A stretch of DNA of 64,000 nt from a virus. The stretch's first letter is position 1. Each line of letters starts with the position of its first letter. The position numbers and the translations under genes are program-made. Location: positions 64,001-128,000 of the IMG/VR virus record IMGVR_UViG_3300037222_000100; one strand, given 5' to 3'. The notes under the pieces are model-generated. The model ran no database searches. It was not told the origin of the DNA and worked only from the letters and a program-made list of their open reading frames with translations. This document shows positions 36,552 to 45,275 of this stretch, piece after piece.

Positions 36552-39500
36552 TTAGACTCCTAGGAACAAGTCTGCGTCGCGGACTCGTTCTGGATCGGTC
36601 TTACTGTCGTAACTGTCTCGGGTCTTGTAATGCGTACCCTCAAGATCAAGCATGTCGCTGTTGCGCGCCATACCATCCTCATCTATTAGCTCACGTTGCT
36701 CGCGAGGAGTAAAGTGCTTGCCACCCTCTCGTTGCATGCGCTCTTGCTTGTTGTGAGCTAGACGTGCGCGAATCTCTTCGCGTCGAGAGTCCTGGATCGA
36801 GCCTATGTCGCGGGACTGAGCGGCAGCCATGCTCTGGCGTCGAGCGCCCAAGAAATCCTCTGCGTCATCGTCTTCCATGACCCAACCAATATCAACGCCA
36901 GCCTCAGCGCGACCACCCTTTTCCTCGGTGACCCAGTTGTGCCCACAACGGAAGCAGTCGTGTTCAGTCGCGTCCGGATTGATCATGGACGACGTGTGTT
37001 CGTTGTGACCGCAGCGCGGGCATGAATCATCATCGACGCTGGCCTGTGAAGGCTGGAGTTCGCTGTTGGCGCGCTCGTCTGTCGTCTGTCCTGATGGGGG
37101 TACTTGCTCCTCGCCGGGCGTCTGTGAGCCTGGCGGAGGTTCGTTGTTGCGGTCGTCGGCATTCTGTGCGAGCGGTTCGAACGTGAGTTCCTGCATTTCC
37201 ATGTCCTCCTTGGAAATCGGGACGCTGCTCTTCAGCGTGTTCGAGTCGTTGCCGTACATACCGAGCAATGTCACGTCCAAGCCGTCTGGCTTGACGCGCT
37301 CAACACGAATCACATCCGGCACGGAGAAGGACGGATTCTTCATCGTGTACTCCTGCTTTGCCTGGATCGGATTTCCTTCGGTGTCCTTCCATGTCAGCGA
37401 TGAATCTTCGTCGCCGCCTTGATTGAGCGCAGCATCCTGTTCTGCGGCAGGTACATTGACCGGCTGGGCATCCTGCTCTGGCCCAGGTCCAGCTACGCGA
37501 GCGATGGCGCTGTTTCCAGCCGCGCTTGTGTCATCGAGTATGCTAGGACCTTTCCAGACGTTGCCACACGCATGGCAACGAGAGTGGTTGTCTGGATCAC
37601 CAACCATGCCGGTCGTCGCAGAGTTGCACACGGGGCAACGCGGTGCGATGTTGTCGGCTGCTGTATGACCGGGCATGAGCTTGCTGCCCATCTCCTCTTC
37701 AAACTCGCGGTAGGGCTCTGCCTTTTCCTTTTGCGCACAAATAGGACAATCTGGGTGAAGCCCATGCACATGCTGACCTTTTTGATGCTGTGTTTCTAGA
37801 TCGTCGGCTGCGGTGAAGTCGGGCAAGAACGATGACATAGGCTGCATCGGCTGTCCGCCTGGTTCTCCACCCATCCCCGGAACAGGCATGCCTCCGGGGG
37901 CGGGTTGCTGCGGTGCTGGCGGCTGTGTCTGCTCTTCCGGCGTGACTGTTGGGGGTACTGTAGGATTCTGCTGAATTTCAGCGAGAATCTTGGCGTACTC
38001 GGGGTTGCCGGGGTCGAGAGGTACGTTCGGTACCTCATTGACACGACCGTTCTCGATAAGCCACTGCTGGACTGCGGCGATCTGCTCAGGCGTTACTGGA
38101 CCCTGATGATTGGCCGAATCGACCAGCGAGGCAATCAAGTCTAGATGAGTAAAGCTCTGCATCGGTGCTGGCATACTTGGTCCTCCTATTTGCTGTCCTT
38201 GTGGTGTTGCTCCGCCCATGGCGTTTTCCTTGGCTCCGCACTGCGGGCATGTGCCATCTGCTGTCGTGACTCCGCCGCAGTTCTTGCAATGACCCTGCTG
38301 CGCTCCCCCGCCTGGAGGAGCTTGAGGGGTTGGTTGCAAACTTGGATTGAGTGCGGTCGGATCGAGCATCTGCTGCTGTTGCTGAAGTCCGCCCATCTGC
38401 AAAGGGGGCACGATGGACTCCTTGGTCTGACCTTCGCGACTTGTCGGGGCCGAAAGGATATCCTCGACCGTGGTGCCGCACTGGTTACATGCTGGACCGA
38501 TGATCTGGCCACTCTTGCATGCGGGGCACATGACAGGCTCGGGCTCTTGGCGACGATCCGGACCGATGCGGCGCTCGCCGTACTGTTTCGCGCCCCATTC
38601 GTCCAATCCCTGATCGTAACGACGGCGCTCATCGGGAGATCGCACCGCGTCACCATCGGCGTAAAGGCCCGCATGAACGTGCTCTGGCTTCTTTTTCTGC
38701 TGGATGAAAATCTCAGCGACAGTAGGGTCGCCCTTGCCGAGGTAACCAGGGTTCTCTGCTTCTAGCATCTCGTGCAGACCCTTGAGCATAGGATCGTTTG
38801 CTCCCGACTCATCTGAGTGATAGAAGTGTTCGATGAGTGGCATGAGAAGCTTCATGCGCTCGATGGCAGGGCTGCTCTCGGAGAAGCCGTGGCTTTCCTC
38901 GTCGCGTTTGTCTTTGTGCGGGTCCTCACCCGACTTACCGGAGTCTTCAAGGTTCGGGTTCAACGGGTTTTCTGGGCTCTTGTCCTGGTCGTTGAACTCT
39001 TTTTGATCTACGTCCTCTGGGTCGTCGTGCTTGACGCCCACGTCGGGATTGGAGGTCGGCGTTTCGTATTCTCCACCCTTGGCAATGAGCGCAATGAGTG
39101 GATCGGTGCTCGATAGCGGATTGAGAATGGTCGAATCGGGACCCGCTTGCCCCGGCGCTTCGCCTCCTCCGCCCGGCATGTGACGACCAAGGTCGCCGCC
39201 CATGAAGTTGCTTGCTGGACCAAGCGCTTTGCCCATCAGTCCACTTGCTGCGCCTCCTGCGGATGCCTCGCCGCCTACCGCACCGGCTGCTCCCACGCCC
39301 TCGGCTAGCTCAGGGAGCGCCAACAGTGCGGGACCTGCCGTCTTGATACCGCCCGCGTGCTCCTCGTATCCCTGATCACGATCTCTCAAAGACTGGTCCT
39401 GTTCGCTCTGTGACGGCGCGATATCCAACGGCCTGATGCCAGGAGGAGCCGGAGCTTCTTCGTTGCGAATCTTCTGTGCAAGTTCGACCATGAGGGGGCT

Positions 39501-41231
39501 ACGTGCGTTGGGGTCCTGCACAACCTGCGCAGCGGCCGGTAGGTGAGACGGATCATGGACCGAGACGACAACCGGCTTGCCGAACTCCGGGCTTTCGCGC
39601 AAGCCGTAGCGCTTGATCAACTCCGAGCCGTTACCTCTGACCGGGATGCCGTTGATGTGTGCATCAAGAAACGCAAGCGGCCCTTTGTGGTTGCCATGTG
39701 CGTTGTGGAGCCCCACGTCACTGGGCTGCACCATGAGAGAATGAGCCGGGGCGACGTTCTCGTCGGGACCCTTATCGAAATCGACATCCGCCTCGTGTGT
39801 CCACGGGAGATATGGGTCCATGTTGTTGGTGCGCTCTAGCTTTGGCATCGTCTTACTGAAGGAGAACGATTTGTCCTCTAACTCTTTCAGGCGCGGATCA
39901 GCGGCAATAAACGGTGAAGCATCTCGACCTGTCACCGTCTCGACCTCTCCAGTCGGGCGAATCTCCACTCCGGATTTCCAATCGACCAGGTGATGCGGGA
40001 TGCCTGCGCTTTCTACATACTGCGAGTGTGATGTGCCATGATTGAAACTTTCGTTGGGATCGACATTAGCGTCGCGAGGGTGATATGCCTTCCACGTATG
40101 GGGCTCACCGGCAATCATCAGACCTCGCCCCTGCCATCCGGGCTCCCACTGCATAGTGCTTGGCTGCGACTCAGGGGTGAGGCCCACGATGTCATCCATC
40201 TCGCTAGCAAACATCCGTTGCAATAGACCAGGCTCCTTGGGCGACTCGAAGGCCGGAGGAGTACGCCATGTCTCCTGATTCTGAAAGACGTTGGTTGGCT
40301 CAGGACGACTTGCCGGGGGTGTCGCTTGTTTGCACTGCGGGCAATACATCGTCCCATCAGAGAGCACGAGTGCATCGGACTCACAGGTCGCGCACGGGGC
40401 CTGCTGTGCGGCCTCGTGAGTGCTGCCCTGGCGCACAGGACCAAGCGCGCCAGGTGTCTCTATAAGACCCGGTGAAAAGCCATGCTCCATGGCGTGAGGG
40501 ACACGCTGCCATCCCTTCATGACGGCAGGGTCTTCCTCGCCGCGCACCGGCCAACTGTGATCACAGTGAACGCAGAAGATGTCTCCCTGATCTGGGTCTT
40601 GCATTACTTCGCCGCCGCAATTGGGGCAACGAAGATTGAGCATTGGATCGACAAGGGCCGCAAGTGCGCCTTGATGAGCCGGGCCTAGCGCAGGAAGGGT
40701 GGAAGGATTCTTCCAAGGACCCCGACCTTTTTCAAGGTGCCGAGGGTCAAGTAGCTCATCTGCTCCAGGCATGTCCTCCCACTCACCGCCATCGTATGGA
40801 ATGGTATAGCCACAATTGAGGCACTCACCATACCCGTTCATGGACGAGGGAACACGACACGATGGACAGGTGTGATTGGGGATCGATCCGCTCTCTGGGA
40901 TCGAAGTTCCATCTGGGAGTCTAAGATCGCTCTCGACCAAAGCTGCGAGGGTAGGCAAGTCTGTGACCTTGCCATGCATGAAGTTGTCGCGACGCCAGGC
41001 AGGCTGTTCTGGGTGCCCGCCCATGATGGTGCCCTCGCCTAGCGGGTTGCCTCCCTGGTCCTTCTGTGTGTCGCTATCAACCATGTCCCGGAGCGTGCCA
41101 TCGCTTTGAGTAGGGGACGGCTGATCGCGGAAAAAGCGCTTCCCACCACAATCCGGACAAGCAGTCGCGCCAGAGATATCGCCTGGCGAGAGGACGAAAT
41201 GGTGCGAGCAATCTTCACAGCTAACCAGCAT
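36552..41231 (-). CDS. 1559-aa multi-zinc-ribbon, low-complexity putative internal head polyprotein
   Basis: Eight CxxC...CxxC pairs plus one His/Cys site, separated by P/G/Q/E-rich linkers. TAAT-N5-ATG start. Lies in the head gene cluster. Confidence 0.7.
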   Translation of the reverse strand: MLVSCEDCSHHFVLSPGDISGATACPDCGGKRFFRDQPSPTQSDGTLRDMVDSDTQKDQGGNPLGEGTIMGGHPEQPAWRRDNFMHGKVTDLPTLAALVESDLRLPDGTSIPESGSIPNHTCPSCRVPSSMNGYGECLNCGYTIPYDGGEWEDMPGADELLDPRHLEKGRGPWKNPSTLPALGPAHQGALAALVDPMLNLRCPNCGGEVMQDPDQGDIFCVHCDHSWPVRGEEDPAVMKGWQRVPHAMEHGFSPGLIETPGALGPVRQGSTHEAAQQAPCATCESDALVLSDGTMYCPQCKQATPPASRPEPTNVFQNQETWRTPPAFESPKEPGLLQRMFASEMDDIVGLTPESQPSTMQWEPGWQGRGLMIAGEPHTWKAYHPRDANVDPNESFNHGTSHSQYVESAGIPHHLVDWKSGVEIRPTGEVETVTGRDASPFIAADPRLKELEDKSFSFSKTMPKLERTNNMDPYLPWTHEADVDFDKGPDENVAPAHSLMVQPSDVGLHNAHGNHKGPLAFLDAHINGIPVRGNGSELIKRYGLRESPEFGKPVVVSVHDPSHLPAAAQVVQDPNARSPLMVELAQKIRNEEAPAPPGIRPLDIAPSQSEQDQSLRDRDQGYEEHAGGIKTAGPALLALPELAEGVGAAGAVGGEASAGGAASGLMGKALGPASNFMGGDLGRHMPGGGGEAPGQAGPDSTILNPLSSTDPLIALIAKGGEYETPTSNPDVGVKHDDPEDVDQKEFNDQDKSPENPLNPNLEDSGKSGEDPHKDKRDEESHGFSESSPAIERMKLLMPLIEHFYHSDESGANDPMLKGLHEMLEAENPGYLGKGDPTVAEIFIQQKKKPEHVHAGLYADGDAVRSPDERRRYDQGLDEWGAKQYGERRIGPDRRQEPEPVMCPACKSGQIIGPACNQCGTTVEDILSAPTSREGQTKESIVPPLQMGGLQQQQQMLDPTALNPSLQPTPQAPPGGGAQQGHCKNCGGVTTADGTCPQCGAKENAMGGATPQGQQIGGPSMPAPMQSFTHLDLIASLVDSANHQGPVTPEQIAAVQQWLIENGRVNEVPNVPLDPGNPEYAKILAEIQQNPTVPPTVTPEEQTQPPAPQQPAPGGMPVPGMGGEPGGQPMQPMSSFLPDFTAADDLETQHQKGQHVHGLHPDCPICAQKEKAEPYREFEEEMGSKLMPGHTAADNIAPRCPVCNSATTGMVGDPDNHSRCHACGNVWKGPSILDDTSAAGNSAIARVAGPGPEQDAQPVNVPAAEQDAALNQGGDEDSSLTWKDTEGNPIQAKQEYTMKNPSFSVPDVIRVERVKPDGLDVTLLGMYGNDSNTLKSSVPISKEDMEMQELTFEPLAQNADDRNNEPPPGSQTPGEEQVPPSGQTTDERANSELQPSQASVDDDSCPRCGHNEHTSSMINPDATEHDCFRCGHNWVTEEKGGRAEAGVDIGWVMEDDDAEDFLGARRQSMAAAQSRDIGSIQDSRREEIRARLAHNKQERMQREGGKHFTPREQRELIDEDGMARNSDMLDLEGTHYKTRDSYDSKTDPERVRDADLFLGV

Positions 41232-41262
41232 CAGTCATTATGACACAGATGCGACGCAGTTG

Positions 41263-42126
41263 CTAGCCAGGGCGAACGCCCCACCCGGCAGGTGCGACCC
41301 AAGTGGAAGCGGTGTTTTTTGCCTCTTCGGCTGTCTCGTCTTCTGCGCCCTGCTGGATGACCCATTCGAATGAGACTTCGAGACTCACGCCCCCTGCATT
41401 TTCGGCGGCGAGCACGACCGTTGATGTTCCTTTGGTCGTCGGGGTACCCGTGATCACTCCGGTCGCTGCATTGATCGACAGTCCGGCTGGCAAACTGGAT
41501 GCCGTATAGACGGTAGGTGTGCCTGTAGCAGCAACATGGAGCGCGGTGATCGGTGTGCCGTGATAGCTTAGCTGTTTCGCCGGTTTGCTAACGACAGGAA
41601 CGGCTATTAGGATTTCCCATTCGAATTCAACTTCAACAGCCGACCCCGTTCCGTTTTTGGCGGACAGTTTGACTTTAGCTGTTTCGGCAGTCGTCGGCGT
41701 ACCTGTGATTTCGCCGATTTTCGCTCCCGATTTTACGATTGACAAACCAGCGGGTAGTCCAGCAGCCGAGATTTCAGTAGGCGTTTCGGTAGCCACGATG
41801 GTCAGCGGCGTGATTACTGTTCCGATATGACCGGTCTGTTTAGCTGGTTTGGTAATGACCGGAACTTTGGGTTCGACTTCCCATTCGAATTCTACTTCAG
41901 GACTTGTGCCTTCAATGTTTTTGGCACTCAATTTGACTTTGGCTGTTTCAGCCGTGGTCGGCGTGCCTTCGATTATGCCCGTGAGCGGTTTGATCGTCAA
42001 GCCTGCGGGCAAGCCGGTCGCTTTGTATTCGAGAGGCATTTCAGTAGCTTCAACCTGGAATGGCGCGATTGCTACGCTCTTTGTGGAGGTCTGTTTCGCT
42101 GGTTTTGTTACGACGGGGGCTGCCAT
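41263..42126 (-). CDS. Virion surface protein with three putative Ig (He_PIG-like) repeats
   Basis: Three copies of KPAKQ...LPAGL.I...G.I.GTPTT...L.A.N..G....V.FEW. Confidence 0.85.
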   Translation of the reverse strand: MAAPVVTKPAKQTSTKSVAIAPFQVEATEMPLEYKATGLPAGLTIKPLTGIIEGTPTTAETAKVKLSAKNIEGTSPEVEFEWEVEPKVPVITKPAKQTGHIGTVITPLTIVATETPTEISAAGLPAGLSIVKSGAKIGEITGTPTTAETAKVKLSAKNGTGSAVEVEFEWEILIAVPVVSKPAKQLSYHGTPITALHVAATGTPTVYTASSLPAGLSINAATGVITGTPTTKGTSTVVLAAENAGGVSLEVSFEWVIQQGAEDETAEEAKNTASTWVAPAGWGVRPG

Positions 42127-42551
42127 TAGACCCTACCGCGCTCGAAGGCTCGTGCGGCGAGACGGAATTCTTCCTGATCCGTTCCGCCGTTGGTGTAAAC
42201 GACGCGCCAATATGGAGCCCCGGCGAAGGCGGAGAAGCTGACGGTGGCTTTAGCCGCAACCACAAAGGTCGCCGGACGTTTCGCCAGTTCCAACTCTTCC
42301 GGCCACGAACACGGAGCCCAATGACCTTCTTCGGCCCATTTCTGCATCAGGTCTTTCGTGTTTTCTGCTTTGGCGTAGTTTTCCGCGCTGGGTACTACCG
42401 GCAGATCAAAGCTCTCCTGGACTTCCAGTGTGCCCCCTTGATCGGAGGTCACGGTACCCGAAATCCATTCGGCGAAGTCCGCCTGTGCAGGCAGCGACGT
42501 GAAGACTTTTCCTTTTTTGAGCAGTGCGGTGGTGCCGACGAAATGTGCCAT
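42126..42551 (-). CDS. Virion structural protein
   Basis: TAAC-N5-ATG start. TSDQGGTLEVQESFD...YWRVVYTNG beta-sandwich-like segment; coupled to the Ig gene. Confidence 0.6.
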   Translation of the reverse strand: MAHFVGTTALLKKGKVFTSLPAQADFAEWISGTVTSDQGGTLEVQESFDLPVVPSAENYAKAENTKDLMQKWAEEGHWAPCSWPEELELAKRPATFVVAAKATVSFSAFAGAPYWRVVYTNGGTDQEEFRLAARAFERGRV

Positions 42552-42611
42552 CACCCGTTATGCCCTTGAACGAGGTTGATTTGAAGCTGATCGACTGGTA
42601 GACTGCCGCGC

Positions 42612-42824
42612 ATGAGCTTCAACGCCAAGGGAGCCATGGATCGCTTCCATCCTCTGGCCGTGACCTACGAAGGTGTTTCGGGCTGGTGGGTCTGTGACGG
42701 CCATGCCGATACCGAGCACACCCTAGCTGTGCCATGCATCGAGGAGCCCTGCGAGGATCGCGATGAGGCAGTGGCGCTCTGTGCTATTCTGAACGAAGAT
42801 CATGAGTCCTCCGTCAATGGGTAA
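42612..42824 (+). CDS. Hypothetical protein
   Basis: TAGACT-N7-ATG leaderless start. Confidence 0.65.
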   Translation: MSFNAKGAMDRFHPLAVTYEGVSGWWVCDGHADTEHTLAVPCIEEPCEDRDEAVALCAILNEDHESSVNG

Positions 42825-43374
42825 GACCGCTCTCATCGTCGTTGATGCACAGAACGACTATCAGCCGGACGGCATCCTCGGCTTCCCTGGCAGTGACTCC
42901 ATCATCGGACCCCTGGTCGAGTTCGGCACGCTCGCTGCCGATGTCGTGATAGCATCGCGCAATCAGCGTCCGTCCAACCACGAGTCGTTCGCTTCTGAGT
43001 CTCATGGCGGTCACTGGCCCGCCAATTGCATCAAGGGTACGAAGGGGGCTGCGCTCGTTTCGGACATTGCAGCCATAGCCGACTACGTTGTGACCAAGGG
43101 CTTGCGCAAAGATCAAGGAGGCTACACGGCGTTCGAAGCCGGGACGCTGCGACCACTCAAGAGCCTAGAGGACATCCTGGCCGACGAGAAGGTCACGCAC
43201 ATCGCCATAGGCGGATATTGGTTGGAGTGGTGCGTCGCGCAGACAGCCTTCGATGCCAACGCCTTGGGCTACCCGACCGCCGTTGAGTTGACCGCCACAC
43301 AGTCGCTTGCGACCCGACCCGATCAAGCAGATCAGATACAGCGATTGCAGAAGGCGGGCATCGTTTGTGTCTGA
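42817..43374 (+). CDS. Nicotinamidase-like cysteine hydrolase (isochorismatase family)
   Basis: ALIVVDAQNDY (Asp), VTKG (Lys), GYWLEWCV (Cys), WPANCIKGTKGA, GYTAFE. Confidence 0.85.
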   Translation: MGKTALIVVDAQNDYQPDGILGFPGSDSIIGPLVEFGTLAADVVIASRNQRPSNHESFASESHGGHWPANCIKGTKGAALVSDIAAIADYVVTKGLRKDQGGYTAFEAGTLRPLKSLEDILADEKVTHIAIGGYWLEWCVAQTAFDANALGYPTAVELTATQSLATRPDQADQIQRLQKAGIVCV

Positions 43375-43391
43375 TGCTATAGTGGCGCGTG

Positions 43392-43703
43392 ATGTCTGAC
43401 AAACCAACTCCCTACGCCATCTCGCTCGTGCTGCATCGCGGCGTGAATCCAGGATGGCGTGTCCATACTGCACCTGTTAGCGCCCCAGAGGGCGTACCTG
43501 TCTCGATCAAAGAGGCCGAGGCGTTTGCTCGCACGGCAGGAGACATCGCGGGCTACGGCGAGGAGACACCGACTCCGTTTGAAGTTGTTCGCGATGGCAC
43601 CACGGAGTATCGTGCAGAGGTCGAGGCGCAGCTATCAGAGGCCGAGACGCGCGCAGCCACCATCCCCGCCTTGCGTCGTGCGCTAAAGGACTTCGAGTCA
43701 TGA
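43392..43703 (+). CDS. Hypothetical protein
   Basis: TATAGT at 43378 directly upstream; ATGA coupling to the next gene. Confidence 0.65.
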   Translation: MSDKPTPYAISLVLHRGVNPGWRVHTAPVSAPEGVPVSIKEAEAFARTAGDIAGYGEETPTPFEVVRDGTTEYRAEVEAQLSEAETRAATIPALRRALKDFES

Positions 43704-43951
43704 TGCATCCCGAAGATTGGGTGCGTGAACGCGCTAACGAACCGCTATCTCGGCACGAGCAATACTCACGCGACGTGACTTGCATACCTGAGGGCGTAGA
43801 CCTTTTCTATCCGACAGGATCGCCTCGCGATCTTGCCATTAGCCAAGCCATCCGACAGGCGGTCGATCAATGGATCGCCGATGATATGGACGGTGCGCTA
43901 ACATGTCTTCAAGCGGCGGAGGAATTCGTCCACACCCACATACCCTTCTGA
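43700..43951 (+). CDS. Hypothetical protein
   Basis: ATGA coupling. Confidence 0.6.
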   Translation: MMHPEDWVRERANEPLSRHEQYSRDVTCIPEGVDLFYPTGSPRDLAISQAIRQAVDQWIADDMDGALTCLQAAEEFVHTHIPF

Positions 43952-43962
43952 AAGGAGAATCG

Positions 43963-44316
43963 ATGTTCTTTGACACAACCTTGCAGGTCTTCTCGCTCGA
44001 TCTGGCCACCGTACTGCCGGAGGTAGACGAGAGCGGTCAGACACAGGGCACTCCGCACCTAGTCCTGGCCATGGTGACGGGCATTGCTATCCCTACCCCA
44101 GAGGGGCGACAGGTCCTTCCTGTTGGTGTCATCCGCGTTCCTCTCGGCCGTGAGCTAGCCATTGCCAAAGCGCAAGAGTTGCTAGAGGCAGCCGAAGCGC
44201 TTCCTGAGCCGAAGCCGGAGAGCGACCTGGCCATCGTCCACAGCATGGAGGAGGCTCGCCAGGCGGCTGAGTTCGACCAGCAGGTTCGTAGCGGCGCTGT
44301 TGCTGAGTCTGCATGA
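43963..44316 (+). CDS. Hypothetical protein
   Basis: AAAGGAG RBS before MFFDTTLQ. Confidence 0.7.
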   Translation: MFFDTTLQVFSLDLATVLPEVDESGQTQGTPHLVLAMVTGIAIPTPEGRQVLPVGVIRVPLGRELAIAKAQELLEAAEALPEPKPESDLAIVHSMEEARQAAEFDQQVRSGAVAESA

Positions 44317-44888
44317 CCGTGCTCAGCGATCAGGACGTACGCGCCCGTCTCAAGGCGCGTAGCAAAGGCATCGGCATCAAGCCCTGCAAGGACAGCCAGG
44401 TGCAACCAGCAAGCGTCGATTTGACGCTCGCAAATGAATTCTCGGTCTTCCCACAGCCGCACTTCGACTCGCGCTTCGAGTCGGAGTTCGTCATCGACAT
44501 GGAGGACGCAAAGAAAGTCCCGGTCAAACGCTTCGTCTCTAACGAGTGGCACCTGGAGCCGGGAGAACTGGTGCTGTGTTCGACAGCAGAGTACGTTGAA
44601 ATCCCGTCCGACATCCAGGCGCAGGTCCACGGCGAGTCCTCTCTCGGTCGTCTCGGTCTGCTCGTTCACGCGACGGCGGGCTTCATCGACCCCGGCTTCA
44701 AAGGGAACATCACTTTGGAGATGTACAACCTGAACAAGAGGTCCATTGTCCTACGCGCAGGCAAGTCCATCTGCCAGCTATCGTTCGCGCTGCTCTCATC
44801 TCCCGCAGAGTTCCCGTATGGGCATCCGAAGCTCAAGTCGAAGTACCAGAACCAGAAAGGCGTTCAAGGGTCGCTCTATGCTGGCTGA
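44313..44888 (+). CDS. dcd: dCTP deaminase
   Basis: VLSDQD...VQPASVDLTL...SSLGRLGLLVHATAGFIDPGFKGNITLE...ICQL...KYQNQ. Confidence 0.93.
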   Translation: MTVLSDQDVRARLKARSKGIGIKPCKDSQVQPASVDLTLANEFSVFPQPHFDSRFESEFVIDMEDAKKVPVKRFVSNEWHLEPGELVLCSTAEYVEIPSDIQAQVHGESSLGRLGLLVHATAGFIDPGFKGNITLEMYNLNKRSIVLRAGKSICQLSFALLSSPAEFPYGHPKLKSKYQNQKGVQGSLYAG

Positions 44889-45159
44889 GATTCAGTACGA
44901 GCAGGCCCTTCATGGCATCGATCCGACTCTCGCTGCCGTCAAACGAAAGCGCGAAGAGCAGCTTGAGAAGTGGGGGACCCAGGACCACGATCCTGAGATG
45001 TGGTACGCCATCCTTGGCGAGGAGTTCGGAGAGGTCGGCAAGGAGATCGCAGAGGGGCGCATCAAACCCTTCGACAAGGCCAAGTACCGCAAAGAGTGCC
45101 TCCACACCGCTGCCGTTGCTCTGGCCATGGTCCAGTGCGTAGATGACGGAATCGCTTGA
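44878..45159 (+). CDS. MazG-like nucleotide pyrophosphohydrolase
   Basis: ILGEEFGEVGKEI...KECLHTAAVALAMV. Confidence 0.75.
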   Translation: MLAEIQYEQALHGIDPTLAAVKRKREEQLEKWGTQDHDPEMWYAILGEEFGEVGKEIAEGRIKPFDKAKYRKECLHTAAVALAMVQCVDDGIA

Positions 45160-45269
45160 AATCCGTAGCCTAAGCTGGTATACTATGGCGTATGACCAAT
45201 ACCGAAGAGTTCCCTCCCACCGCTGAGCAGCAGGCCGCTTGACAATCGCGAGCAAAGAGAGGATAATCT
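45156..45269 (+). promoter_or_regulatory. Two tandem sigma-A-type promoters
   Basis: TTGAAA-N17-TATACT (45156-45184), and TTGACA (45239) with a GATAAT/TAATCT -10 before ATG 45276. Confidence 0.7.
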
Positions 45270-45275
45270 CAAGCT

